64,000 nucleotides of DNA from Turicibacter sp. (GCA_009780245.1 WRAJ01000002.1:50988-114987); one strand, 5' to 3'. Numbered from the stretch's first letter, positions 48,513 to 57,882 are shown. Notes: generated by a model from the letters alone, not told the origin. Made by a program: numbers and translations.

Positions 48513-49439
48513 CTACAATTCTTTAATTTTTTCAATCTCATACGGGACTTCCTGATAAACGTGGTTAAGCCAATTGCCAAACAACAAATAAGCATGCCCG
48601 CGCCAGTTGTTTTGAACGCTATTTTGCGGGTCATCTCCCAAGAAGTAATTCACGGGGATATCTGGATGAATCCCCTTTTTCACATCACGAAGGTACTCCA
48701 GTTGCAAGGTATCTGCATCGTATTCGGGGTGCCCCGTCACATAGACTTGGCGTAAATCTTTTGTTGCTATTAGATAGACACCAGCTTCCTCAGAAGTGGA
48801 AAGAATATCTAGTTGGTCGTTTTGTTCAATATCTGTGGCTAGGACCTCGGTGTATCTAGAGTGTGGCACTTTGTATACCTCGTCGAAGCCACGCAGGATC
48901 GGGTGGTTAAGATTGAGGTTATTTAATTTGTGACCGTAAATGCCTGATAGTTTTTCTGATAACGCGTGTTTTTGAATACGGTGATGATAATACAAGCCTG
49001 CTTGTGCGCCCCAGCAAATGTGCATCGTAGAGAAAACGTGCTTTTTTACCCATGCCAAGATCTGGCACAACTCTGGCCAATAGTCCACTTCCTCAAAGGG
49101 CAAATTCTCAACGGGTGCCCCTGTGATAATCAACCCATCAAAGCATTCGTCTTTAATGTCATCGAAGGCTTTGTAAAAACTGACAAGATGCTCTGAAGTA
49201 GCATTTTTTGATTCATGTGTTGCCGTTTGCAAAAAGGTCGCTTCTACTTGGAGAGGCGTGTGAGACAAGAGCCGGATGAGTTGGTTTTCAGTCGCAATTT
49301 TCATCGGCATCAGGTTAAGGATTAAAACTTTTAACGGTCGAATGTCTTGGCTTTTCCCTCTGGATGTTGACATTACCGTGATGTTTTCGTCAGCGAGAAT
49401 GTCAATCGCTGGTAAGTTGTCTGGTACAATAACAGGCAT
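48513..49439 (-). CDS. metA: Homoserine O-acyltransferase (MetA family)
   Basis: MPVIVPDNLPAIDILADENI...ILNLMP.K..TE.Q. Start moved from 49511 to 49439. Confidence 0.9.
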   Translation of the reverse strand: MPVIVPDNLPAIDILADENITVMSTSRGKSQDIRPLKVLILNLMPMKIATENQLIRLLSHTPLQVEATFLQTATHESKNATSEHLVSFYKAFDDIKDECFDGLIITGAPVENLPFEEVDYWPELCQILAWVKKHVFSTMHICWGAQAGLYYHHRIQKHALSEKLSGIYGHKLNNLNLNHPILRGFDEVYKVPHSRYTEVLATDIEQNDQLDILSTSEEAGVYLIATKDLRQVYVTGHPEYDADTLQLEYLRDVKKGIHPDIPVNYFLGDDPQNSVQNNWRGHAYLLFGNWLNHVYQEVPYEIEKIKEL

Positions 49440-49440
49440 A

Positions 49441-50379
49441 CTAGGACACCTCCCTGACGACTTCGAGAATATCGGCAAGAATGGCACTTGCCGTCGGGAA
49501 TTTTCCTGCACCTCGTCCGTAAAACATCACTTCACCAATAGGCTCCGCTAGTACGTGCACGCCATTAAAGACATCTTCAATGCCGTATAGCGGGTTTTCT
49601 TTGGGAATAGCTTGAGGCTTGACGGTACAGGTGACTTCGCCGTTTGCTAGCTGTTTGGCGTGTCCGATGAGTTTTAAGGCGCAACCTGCTGCCTCTGCTT
49701 GGTAGATATCTGCTAAGCTGATATCAGCGATGCCTGTCGTTTGGATCTCATCAAGTGGCACGTCTTTACCAAAAGCGAGCTGGGCTAGAATTTTTATTTT
49801 CCGCTTGGTGTCGTAACCTTCAATGTCGTTGGTTGGGTCAAGCTCGGCATAACCTTTTGTTTGCGCATCCGCTAAGGCTTTTTCAAACGTTTCCCCGTTT
49901 CTTTTCATTTGGGTGAGGATGTAATTGGTCGTACCATTTAAAATCCCAAATATTTCAGAGATCTTTTCTCCAGCTAGTGACTGGTTAAGAGGGCGAACGA
50001 TGGGAATGCCGCCACCAACACTCGCCTCGTATAAATAGTTCACACCGTGACACTCAGCGATCTTTGTTAATTCATTGCCGCACTCTGAGACAAGTTCTTT
50101 ATTGCTAGTAATGACGTACTTTCCAGCTTCAAGTGCTCGCTTCGTGTACTCATAAGCGGGGTGTAAGCCGCCCATCGTCTCCACCACAATTTGAATTTCT
50201 TTATCTGCGAGGATGTGATCAAAATGATCGACAAATAAGGTTTGGTCCTCGTGGTTTGGAAAATCTTTAATATCAAGAATCGCCTTGACTTGCACAGCCA
50301 CCGTACGCTCCTTTTCTTTTAAAACCTCATGCACCCCGCTTCCTACTGTTCCTAAGCCTAAAATGGCAAGATAAATCAT
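49441..50379 (-). CDS. hom: Homoserine dehydrogenase (short form, no ACT domain)
   Basis: ILGLGTVGSGV Rossmann motif. 312 aa. Confidence 0.85.
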   Translation of the reverse strand: MIYLAILGLGTVGSGVHEVLKEKERTVAVQVKAILDIKDFPNHEDQTLFVDHFDHILADKEIQIVVETMGGLHPAYEYTKRALEAGKYVITSNKELVSECGNELTKIAECHGVNYLYEASVGGGIPIVRPLNQSLAGEKISEIFGILNGTTNYILTQMKRNGETFEKALADAQTKGYAELDPTNDIEGYDTKRKIKILAQLAFGKDVPLDEIQTTGIADISLADIYQAEAAGCALKLIGHAKQLANGEVTCTVKPQAIPKENPLYGIEDVFNGVHVLAEPIGEVMFYGRGAGKFPTASAILADILEVVREVS

Positions 50380-50407
50380 CCTATAACACCGCCTTTATGT
50401 TTGAAAA

Positions 50408-50568
50408 CAAAAAATCTTCCTACTCTTGATAAGTAGAAAGATACAAGGTTGCCTTTAAAAGCAGCTGCGTTATTTCTTCTCATCAATCAGGTATTGGCAC
50501 CGTTCCTTGTAAAAGGCGGTTGCCGTGACGTCATAGGGCCTGTCCCTCGATCACTCGCGATAAGATAT
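50408..50568 (-). promoter_or_regulatory. SAM-I (S-box) riboswitch with terminator expression platform
   Basis: Minus-strand read: CTTATCgcgagtgatcGAGGGAcaGGCCCtatGAcgtcacGGCAACCgcc...acGGTGCCAAtaCCtgattGATGAG. Followed by TCTTTCTACTtatcaagAGTAGGAAGATTTTTT. Confidence 0.85.
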
Positions 50569-50589
50569 TTTTTGTTTTTATTGTCGGCT

Positions 50590-50618
50590 ATTCTAACATG
50601 AAAAATTTTCCATGTCAA
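50590..50618 (-). promoter_or_regulatory. Sigma-A type promoter of the S-box operon (TTGACA-17-TAGAAT)
   Basis: Minus-strand read: TTGACAtggaaaatttttcatgtTAGAAT. Confidence 0.6.
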
Positions 50619-50934
50619 CTGTTTTTTGAAAATTTTTCATTTTTATGTCAAAAACATTTTGACTTTCTCTTTTAGACTTGCAAATCAAAAAGGTGATTTT
50701 CTGATAGGCTCACAATCACAACTTTTAATATCAAAACTTAATCCTTAATCATATCTTACAATAGTAGACATAATAAACAATTGCGAAACACTTATTACTG
50801 CACCTTTTTGCTTGTGTAAGAGCCATTAAGGTGCACAGTTGCACCCTTTTGATAGCATTTGAAGCTTTGAGGTGCACATCGATTGCTTCATCACACAGTT
50901 TCGCCATATAAGTCCAGAAAGGAGACATTTTAGT

Positions 50935-52269
50935 ATGAATCGAAACAGAAGAGAGTGTGGTTACTATTCACCTTGTATTTGTCAATGTGAGACGATTGTT
51001 TGTTGTCCACCCAGCCATGGTTGTCAAGGTGAGCGTGGACCAACCGGTGCTAGAGGACCACAAGGACCGATAGGGCCAGCAGGAAGTGGTACCACAGGAC
51101 CAGCTGGCCCACAAGGATTTCCAGGTGAGCGCGGACCAACCGGTTCTCAAGGACCTCAGGGACTTCAAGGGATGCAGGGTGAACCAGGATCGCAAGGCCC
51201 ACAAGGACCTCAAGGTATCCAAGGTGAAGCAGGACCTCAGGGAGAACAAGGTTCTCAAGGTATCCAAGGCGAGCAAGGTCTTCAAGGCATTCAGGGTGAA
51301 CCGGGATTGCAAGGACCGCAAGGATCTCAAGGCATTCAAGGTGAAATAGGCCTACAAGGGGTGCAAGGTGATCAAGGTGAGACTGGTCCACAAGGACCTC
51401 GTGGACCGCAAGGTCTTCAAGGTGAGCAAGGATTACAAGGGATTCAAGGTGAAGCAGGTGAGCAAGGATTAGAGGGTCCTCAAGGTGAGCGAGGCCCACA
51501 AGGAATCCAAGGATCAACTGGTCCTCAAGGGCCACAAGGTGCGCCAGGCACGCCCGGTACTCAAGGCATTCAAGGGGAACAAGGCGTAACTGGACCGCAA
51601 GGACCTCAAGGTGAAGAAGGTGCGCCAGGTTCAACTGGGCCACAGGGACCTCAAGGTCTGCAAGGCCTTCAAGGAGAACCGGGTGAGCAAGGGTTACAAG
51701 GAATCCAGGGGATCCAGGGAATCCAAGGCGAAATAGGGCCAACTGGTCCACAAGGAGCAATAGGCATTCCAGGAAACACAGGCCTAACAGGTGCCACTGG
51801 TACTGACGGATTGCAAGGCCCAACCGGTCCAACAGGAGCACCAGGAGCAGGATTAACCTCAACGGCACTAAGTGCAGCGAACACATCAGCACCAACCATT
51901 GTGGTGGGAACTGCGGCCAATGGTGGAACAGGCATACCACTCCCTACCTTCACTTATGGACCGGGGCCTGGCTTTGTACCAGATGCCACAAACACGAATT
52001 TCACCGTCACAACCACTGGCGATTATTTAGCAACCTATAACGTCAACTTAACCACCCCTGTTAACGATAATACAGCTATTTACGTTAATAATGTTGCTGC
52101 CGTTGGTACGATTCAAAGTTCGGCAACGCCAACAGATCAGTATAGTAATACCAGCATTTTACACCTAAATGCCGGTGATGTCGTGCGACTAACCATATTT
52201 GGTGGTAATACACCCGTCACATTAACACCAGGAACAGGCGCCATTATGACATTAACACAAATTGCATAA
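50935..52269 (+). CDS. BclA-like collagen-repeat protein: Cys-cluster N-terminus, about 90 G-X-Y triplets, C1q/TNF-like (BclA C-terminal type) domain
   Basis: [31 protein letters not shown], then [19 protein letters not shown]...GAPGAG, then a roughly 135-aa C-terminal domain ([32 protein letters not shown]) with the same block pattern as the B. anthracis BclA C-terminal domain (TGFYKITVIAN..IQVNGVPVPGT..ASIIIEKVA). GGAG RBS upstream. No signal peptide. Confidence 0.85.
   Translation: MNRNRRECGYYSPCICQCETIVCCPPSHGCQGERGPTGARGPQGPIGPAGSGTTGPAGPQGFPGERGPTGSQGPQGLQGMQGEPGSQGPQGPQGIQGEAGPQGEQGSQGIQGEQGLQGIQGEPGLQGPQGSQGIQGEIGLQGVQGDQGETGPQGPRGPQGLQGEQGLQGIQGEAGEQGLEGPQGERGPQGIQGSTGPQGPQGAPGTPGTQGIQGEQGVTGPQGPQGEEGAPGSTGPQGPQGLQGLQGEPGEQGLQGIQGIQGIQGEIGPTGPQGAIGIPGNTGLTGATGTDGLQGPTGPTGAPGAGLTSTALSAANTSAPTIVVGTAANGGTGIPLPTFTYGPGPGFVPDATNTNFTVTTTGDYLATYNVNLTTPVNDNTAIYVNNVAAVGTIQSSATPTDQYSNTSILHLNAGDVVRLTIFGGNTPVTLTPGTGAIMTLTQIA
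51020..51860 (+). repeat. Collagen-like G-X-Y coding repeat
   Basis: Uninterrupted triplet periodicity ([12 protein letters not shown]). Antisense and shifted frames remain open (ORF-track artefacts). Confidence 0.9.
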
Positions 52270-52272
52270 ATG

Positions 52273-52305
52273 AGGAAGCTTATCTGACTAAGCTTCCTTG
52301 TTTTA
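52273..52305 (+). terminator. Intrinsic terminator after the collagen-like gene
   Basis: AGGAAGCTTA-tctgac-TAAGCTTCCT followed by TGTTTT. Confidence 0.65.
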
Positions 52306-52525
52306 GGTGATCACCGAAACGATAGCCTCGATAGCAGAGACGAGCGGGTAGAATTAATGAAAAATAAAATCATCGGGCGAGTTTGGTTTAAGATTCGCAA
52401 GCAAAAAAACACCCTTGATCTTTGACTGAGCGCTAGAAAGTTACACGCATTTTCGAGGCCATCCCTAACCTTGCGCCACATAGCTATATTCAATATAATC
52501 ATAATTGGGCTCTCATTCTTTCAAG

Positions 52526-53809
52526 CTAGCCATGACCGCTGCTTTTAATGCGCTCACTTTTATCTGCTCTTGATAGGGAACTTCTAATCATTTTAGCGCC
52601 CAAAACAGCAATCATTGATAGCCCAGCTAATATTAACAATGCCACTCCAGGAATTTCAATAAAACGTCCCCATAAAAAGCCGTGCAAATACCCACCAAGC
52701 GAAGTCCCTAAAATCACCAGCGACCAGTTCAACGCCATCACCTTCCCCACCATGCCCTCGGGCGCCTTCTCTCCAAAATAAGAACGACAAATAATTCCCA
52801 TCATCATGCTAAGGCCTTGAACGATAAACAAGGATAATACCAGAATAAAATAAATTATCGCATCGTTCGTACGCCAGATAAAAGCCAAACAAACAGGAAG
52901 CAGAGCCAAGGTCGACGCAAGTAACAGCAGCCGAATATGGCTCATGTTTATTTTCTGATACAACCTATTCATCAAAAGAACACCGGCAATACCACCAAGC
53001 CCGATGATCGCTTGCGTTACCCCTAATACCGTTTCACTTTTCTCGAAAAACAAGGTGACCAGGACGGGCAAGGCAATCGTGATAAGCGGCATCAAGGTGA
53101 TGCACGTTAGCATGTTTATCCAAACAATCGCTCTACCAACCTCAGGCTTTTCCTTGGTTATAAAACGGATACCTGCTTTCATATCACCCACGATGATGTT
53201 TGACCAGCTTTCTACTTTTTCTTGTTTGGCACCTGGTATTTCGGTGAGGATGTTCATCACGATTGCCATGAGATAAAGCGAAATACTAGTTATTAGGGTT
53301 GCAAATAAACCAAACGTTGTTAGGATGAAGCCACCAATGATAGGGATGATGATTGAAGAGCACGTTGCTAGAAGGAAGGTGAAAGAGTTGGCTTTGATGA
53401 GCGCATTTTTTGGAACAAGTGCTGGCACACTGGCTTTTGCTGTTAGTGAAACCAGGCTGCCAAGTGTGAGGAGGACGGTCATGAGCATGACAGTTGCGGG
53501 AACAATTTCCAGCGTTTGCAAGAGGCCGAGATAAGCGATCAGTGACAGGGCTGTTGTGCTGTTTAGGAGAAGTAGCAATTTTCGCTTGTCCAAGCGATCT
53601 ACCATGACGCCACCTATCGGTGAAACGAGAATAGCGGGTAACGCCGAGGTTGCCAAAACTGAACCCATCGTGAGTGGGTCACCAGTTTCTAGTAAGATAT
53701 AAAGAGGGAGTGCAAACAGTAATAAAGCCCTACCACCTAAAGAAAATTCCTTTCCTAATGCAAAGAGAGTGAAATGTTTATCCCAATGTTTTGTTGATTC
53801 TGTGTGCAT
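52526..53809 (-). CDS. MFS transporter (efflux-type, 12 TM)
   Basis: 427-aa polytopic protein. GGVMVDRLDKRKLL loop motif between TM2 and TM3. Confidence 0.8.
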   Translation of the reverse strand: MHTESTKHWDKHFTLFALGKEFSLGGRALLLFALPLYILLETGDPLTMGSVLATSALPAILVSPIGGVMVDRLDKRKLLLLLNSTTALSLIAYLGLLQTLEIVPATVMLMTVLLTLGSLVSLTAKASVPALVPKNALIKANSFTFLLATCSSIIIPIIGGFILTTFGLFATLITSISLYLMAIVMNILTEIPGAKQEKVESWSNIIVGDMKAGIRFITKEKPEVGRAIVWINMLTCITLMPLITIALPVLVTLFFEKSETVLGVTQAIIGLGGIAGVLLMNRLYQKINMSHIRLLLLASTLALLPVCLAFIWRTNDAIIYFILVLSLFIVQGLSMMMGIICRSYFGEKAPEGMVGKVMALNWSLVILGTSLGGYLHGFLWGRFIEIPGVALLILAGLSMIAVLGAKMIRSSLSRADKSERIKSSGHG

Positions 53810-53849
53810 GTTAAATTTCCGTCCTGTTTAAGTTTTATGTTGATTGCTT

Positions 53850-54374
53850 TCAAACAGCTACCCAATAGCGTTGTGTCATGCGGTCGTTTTCTGGAATCTC
53901 ATTCTCTAAAATGCCACCGTTTGCTTGGATGGTTTTTGCCGATGCGATGTTTGCTTTATCGCAGGTAATCAAAACCTTAGATAATGCCAATTCCTCGCGA
54001 CATTTAATTAACGCTAAACGTACCATTTCTTTGGCATACCCTTTGCGTCGCTCAGCCGGATGTACGCTATAGCCAATGTGCCCGCCGGACTTGAGCAGGA
54101 AATCGTTCAAACGATGCCGAATGTCAATCATCCCGACAATTTGACGATCAGCATTGCGAATGGCTAAGTAAGTCGTTGCTGGGACTAAGCCTTCTGTGAC
54201 CGTTTCTTCACAGCTATTCTTTTTGAGGTTTGCTAACCATTCTGCTACGTTTGCTACCTCTTTCAACCCAGCACATCCAGCTAAATCATCGCTGCGATTC
54301 AGAAATTCTGCTCGATAATCCCAGATTTGCTTTGCGTAAGCTTCTGTCGGGTTTACTAGTCTTAATTCACTCAT
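53850..54374 (-). CDS. GNAT-family N-acetyltransferase
   Basis: 174 aa. ...RRKGYAKEMVRLAL... acetyl-CoA motif. Confidence 0.8.
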   Translation of the reverse strand: MSELRLVNPTEAYAKQIWDYRAEFLNRSDDLAGCAGLKEVANVAEWLANLKKNSCEETVTEGLVPATTYLAIRNADRQIVGMIDIRHRLNDFLLKSGGHIGYSVHPAERRKGYAKEMVRLALIKCREELALSKVLITCDKANIASAKTIQANGGILENEIPENDRMTQRYWVAV

Positions 54375-54483
54375 TTTTGATGCCTCCTAAAACGCTGTAT
54401 GTGTTCAAATAATGTTGGAATCTCTAGGTAAGTGTTATACCACGCTCACATTTCGATATTTTCAAACAACCCAGCCATCACCC

Positions 54484-54524
54484 GTGCCACTAAAACTCAA
54501 TTTTGAAAGGAAAAGTGGCATAAC
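54484..54524. repeat. 41-nt hairpin repeat, copy 1 (TGCCACT-N22-AGTGGCA)
   Basis: gTGCCACTaaaactcaattttgaaaggaaaAGTGGCAtaac. About 75% identical to copy 2 at the same length, with conserved arms. Confidence 0.6.
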
Positions 54525-54607
54525 GACAGTGTTTTGTCGCTGAATATGGAGATAATTTAATTTACAACCCTATTTTCAAGCGTTTAACATTAGCCTAGGG
54601 TCAAAAA

Positions 54608-54648
54608 ATGCCACTAAGCCCCGTTTTTAAAAGAGAAAGTGGCATAAC
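54608..54648. repeat. 41-nt hairpin repeat, copy 2
   Basis: aTGCCACTaagccccgtttttaaaagagaaAGTGGCAtaac. Confidence 0.6.
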
Positions 54649-54736
54649 ATCGTTCAGCAGATAAGATTCGAAATAGTCGGAACACAGTCACACCATCACT
54701 TATTGATAAAGCTTTTGTCATTACCGCGTTATTCGC

Positions 54737-56227
54737 TTACTTTGCAATACCAAACGAGCGCTTCACCGCGCCGTCCCATCCTTCAAGCAGCTCTGCTCTT
54801 TTATCAGCAGCCATATTCGGCTCATACTTCCGCACCGCTCTCACCTGAGCCACAATATCAGCCTTATCCTGGTAAATCCCCATCGCAAGGCCCGCTAAAA
54901 ATACCGCTCCGAGGGCCGTGCTTTCCGTGATTACGGGTTTCAACACATCAACATTAGCGATGTCTGCTTGAAATTGCATCAAAAAGTCGTTATCAGAGGC
55001 ACCGCCATCAGCACGCACCTCTTTCAACGGCGTACCCGTATCGCGCACCATCGCTTTAATCACATCGTAACTTTGATAAGCAATCGACTCCAGCGTCGCC
55101 CGGACAAAATGTTCTTGCGTCACACCGCGCGTCAAGCCGACCACCACCCCACGGGCATACTGATCCCAGTAAGGCGCACCAAGCCCTACAAACGCTGGCA
55201 CGACATACACCCCCTCAGTATCAGCCACTTTTTTCGCATGGTATTCCGTGGCATGCGCGTGATCAATCAACCGCAACCCATCGCGCAACCACTGCACCGC
55301 CGCTCCCGCAACAAAAACAGCTCCCTCAAGCGCGTATTCCACCTTCCCCTCTGCCCCCCAAGCGATCGTGGTCAAAAGCCCGTTTTTAGAGGAAATGGCA
55401 TCCTCACCGGTGTGCATTAAGGTGAAACAACCCGTACCATAAGTATTCTTTACCATCCCAGGCTCGAAACAACACTGCCCAAACAGTGCTGCTTGTTGAT
55501 CGCCAGCAATACCCGCAATCGGTATCGCACCGCCAAGTAAGCTCGGGTGAGTCTTTCCAAACAAATGACTTGACGGTAAAACCTCAGGAAGCATCGAGCG
55601 CGGAATGCCGAATTTTTCTAAAAGTTCTTCATCCCAAGCTAACGTATGAATATTAAACATCATCGTCCGCGAGGCATTGGAAACATCCGTTGCGAACACC
55701 TCTCCCCTAGTCAAGTTCCACAACAACCACGTATCCACCGTTCCAAAACATAAATGCCCTTTTTCCGCTTCAGCTCGCGCGCCCTCAACGTGATCGAGCA
55801 CCCACTTCACTTTCGTCGCTGAAAAATAAGCATCAATACGAAGCCCTGTTTTTGATGCGATCAACTCGTCGTAACCTTCCTCTTTTAACTGCTCACAATA
55901 ATCCGATGTCCTTCGACATTGCCAAACAATCGCATTAAAAATTGGCTTCCCAGTTCGTCTGTCCCAAACAACCGTCGTTTCACGTTGATTCGTAATGCCA
56001 ATCACCGAAATATCCGCGGCTGTCGCTCCCACTTTCGCCATCGCGGCCGTCGCAACCGCTAACTGACTTGACCAGATTTCCATTGGATCGTGTTCCACCC
56101 ATCCTGCCTCCGGGAAAATCTGCGGAAATTCCTTCTGCGCCATCGAATGAATGTCACCTGTTTCCGTAAATAAAATTGCGCGTGAACTCGTTGTTCCTTG
56201 ATCTAATGCCATTAAAAATTTACTCAT
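54737..56227 (-). CDS. glpK: Glycerol kinase
   Basis: [20 protein letters not shown]... FGGY-family motifs. Start moved from 56290 to 56227. Confidence 0.92.
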   Translation of the reverse strand: MSKFLMALDQGTTSSRAILFTETGDIHSMAQKEFPQIFPEAGWVEHDPMEIWSSQLAVATAAMAKVGATAADISVIGITNQRETTVVWDRRTGKPIFNAIVWQCRRTSDYCEQLKEEGYDELIASKTGLRIDAYFSATKVKWVLDHVEGARAEAEKGHLCFGTVDTWLLWNLTRGEVFATDVSNASRTMMFNIHTLAWDEELLEKFGIPRSMLPEVLPSSHLFGKTHPSLLGGAIPIAGIAGDQQAALFGQCCFEPGMVKNTYGTGCFTLMHTGEDAISSKNGLLTTIAWGAEGKVEYALEGAVFVAGAAVQWLRDGLRLIDHAHATEYHAKKVADTEGVYVVPAFVGLGAPYWDQYARGVVVGLTRGVTQEHFVRATLESIAYQSYDVIKAMVRDTGTPLKEVRADGGASDNDFLMQFQADIANVDVLKPVITESTALGAVFLAGLAMGIYQDKADIVAQVRAVRKYEPNMAADKRAELLEGWDGAVKRSFGIAK

Positions 56228-56382
56228 TTTCCTAACCTCTTTTATCATTCTTTTACGGTAAATTATAGCGTTTACCGACAGAGAAAGCAATATTTATTTT
56301 GATTTCGTTCTTATTTTATCACCAATAAATGGGCTTATGCATAAGATAACAACAAATGCGAAAAACAGGAGTGATGAGCGTG

Positions 56383-56907
56383 ATGTGTTGTTGTAGAGAT
56401 CAAAGAAATAATAGAGATTGTGGTGACATTGTTTGGAGAAAGCGTTGCGTTTGTTGGTGTGAACCAGTCTGCGTAAGGCGAAGAAGCAATCGATGCGACA
56501 ATCACATAGAAGGGATGAGTCTGCAATTAACAACTAGTGGTTGCCACCCACTCCCAACCGGATGCCCGATTGTCTTCGATGAAATACTAACTAAAAATAG
56601 CCGTGCCATGTGCTGCCACGAAGATACCGGCGTGATTGAAGTTCGTCGATGTGGCACCTACGCGATCGACTGGGACGTTGTCGTCGAAAACTCTGAAAAA
56701 GCTTGTATTTGTTTTTCACTAGAAATCAATGGAAAAATTACTTCTAGCTCAACCCTACCAGCAACATCTGGACAGCTAACCGGAAGTGCGTTAATCGAGG
56801 TAGACACCCTCCCAACCACCATCCGGTTAATCAATAACACCGGTTGTGCCGTGGAACTTTCAGATTTTTCACCTGTTGCACACTTAAGGATTATGACCGT
56901 GAAGTAG
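56383..56907 (+). CDS. Cys-cluster N-terminus + C1q/BclA-CTD-like domain protein (about 174 aa), no collagen stalk, no signal peptide
   Basis: MCCCRDQRNNRDCGDIVWRKRCVCWCEPVCVRRRSNRCDNH..., then a domain with the same block pattern as the collagen protein C-terminal domain (CGTYAIDWDVVVEN / LEINGKITSSS / AHLRIMTVK). AGGAG at 56367-56371. The start could be GTG 56380 or ATG 56383; the ORF-track start at 56356 lies upstream of the RBS. Confidence 0.6.
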   Translation: MCCCRDQRNNRDCGDIVWRKRCVCWCEPVCVRRRSNRCDNHIEGMSLQLTTSGCHPLPTGCPIVFDEILTKNSRAMCCHEDTGVIEVRRCGTYAIDWDVVVENSEKACICFSLEINGKITSSSTLPATSGQLTGSALIEVDTLPTTIRLINNTGCAVELSDFSPVAHLRIMTVK

Positions 56908-56972
56908 AAAACTGATACGCTAGGCAAGAATGACCAAAGCGAATCAGTTTTTTGATGTTTATCTTGCATCCA

Positions 56973-57341
56973 CTAATCTATCTTACCCGAAACATGACTA
57001 AAAATGACTCTTCGCTTCTTCTTTCGTTTGATTAATTCCTCTTGAACAGCTTCAGATAAATTCTTATCCAAATATAAATCTCGATATTGATGATACAGAC
57101 TCTCAGTCACATCGTCATAACGTTCCTCATCTAAGCCTGCCAACTTACTCTTCACAAAAATTTTCACTTTTTGACGATTATCAAAAATACTAAAATCATT
57201 CAATTCGACCACAATTTCTAAAGAAATTCTAGCGGTCTCACGTCTATAGTCAGTTCCACCAGATGATATGAAAGCTAAATTATCTTCCATTCGCTTCACA
57301 AACTCATCTTTTGAGACCTCCTGTAAATCATCACGGTACAT
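56973..57341 (-). CDS. Hypothetical 122-aa acidic/basic protein, translationally coupled to the upstream NTase-fold gene
   Basis: TAA-T-ATG junction with the upstream gene. No recognisable motif. AT-rich. Confidence 0.55.
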   Translation of the reverse strand: MYRDDLQEVSKDEFVKRMEDNLAFISSGGTDYRRETARISLEIVVELNDFSIFDNRQKVKIFVKSKLAGLDEERYDDVTESLYHQYRDLYLDKNLSEAVQEELIKRKKKRRVIFSHVSGKID

Positions 57342-57342
57342 A

Positions 57343-57882
57343 TTAATCCACCAGCCTTTCTTTTAAATGATGTAAGTTCAGATTCGGATCATCAGGATTA
57401 ATCAAATAACTTTTATACTCTTTAACCATTCTACGCAACTTTTTTAAATCACATAATTCTAGAATGGAGCTCATTTCAAGATCTGTTAAATCTTTTTGTC
57501 GTTTAGAAAAGAGTTTTGTACAAGCTAATAGCTCTATCTCGGGAACATAAACTGTAATAGCTTGAAAATCAGATTCAATTTTCATTTTATCTCCCGTCTT
57601 AAAATCTTCTGGTGGAGGAAAATCAACAATGCCAGTTATTTCATCAATGCTTAGTTCTTCAAATATTTCAAGTAAGCCAGTTTTATTATTAGATGATAAT
57701 AATTGAACATCGATATCAATAGTAGGACGAAAATCACGCCCACTCATTTCCATGGCCACAATCATACCGGCACCACCAAGCAAAATTAAGTTCACCTCAA
57801 TACCTTGTAGCTTACATAAAATATCCAATCGATCTAAACGTGCTAGCACATCTTCAATTGTTGTCATAAAATCCACATTCAT
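57343..57882 (-). CDS. Nucleotidyltransferase-fold protein (AbiEii / DUF6036-like)
   Basis: LILLGGAGMIV...RPTIDIDV (G-G/S...D-x-D NTase signature) and a C-terminal ...ACTKLFSKRQKDLTDLE block resembling AbiEii-type toxins. AT-rich. Confidence 0.55.
   Translation of the reverse strand: MNVDFMTTIEDVLARLDRLDILCKLQGIEVNLILLGGAGMIVAMEMSGRDFRPTIDIDVQLLSSNNKTGLLEIFEELSIDEITGIVDFPPPEDFKTGDKMKIESDFQAITVYVPEIELLACTKLFSKRQKDLTDLEMSSILELCDLKKLRRMVKEYKSYLINPDDPNLNLHHLKERLVD

Noticed and set aside
50968-51953. Four overlapping ORFs in other frames or on the other strand of the collagen-like gene
   Set aside because: G-X-Y triplet DNA keeps all frames open. Only the plus-strand GXY frame has an RBS, a start and a coherent C-terminal domain.
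52367-52500. Short plus-strand frame MKNKIIGRVWFKIRKQKNTLDL*LSARKLHAFSRPSLTL… vaguely resembling a degraded XRE-type HTH
   Set aside because: The resemblance is weak, it contains an in-frame stop, and it runs into the antisense of the MFS gene. Not supportable without a homology search.
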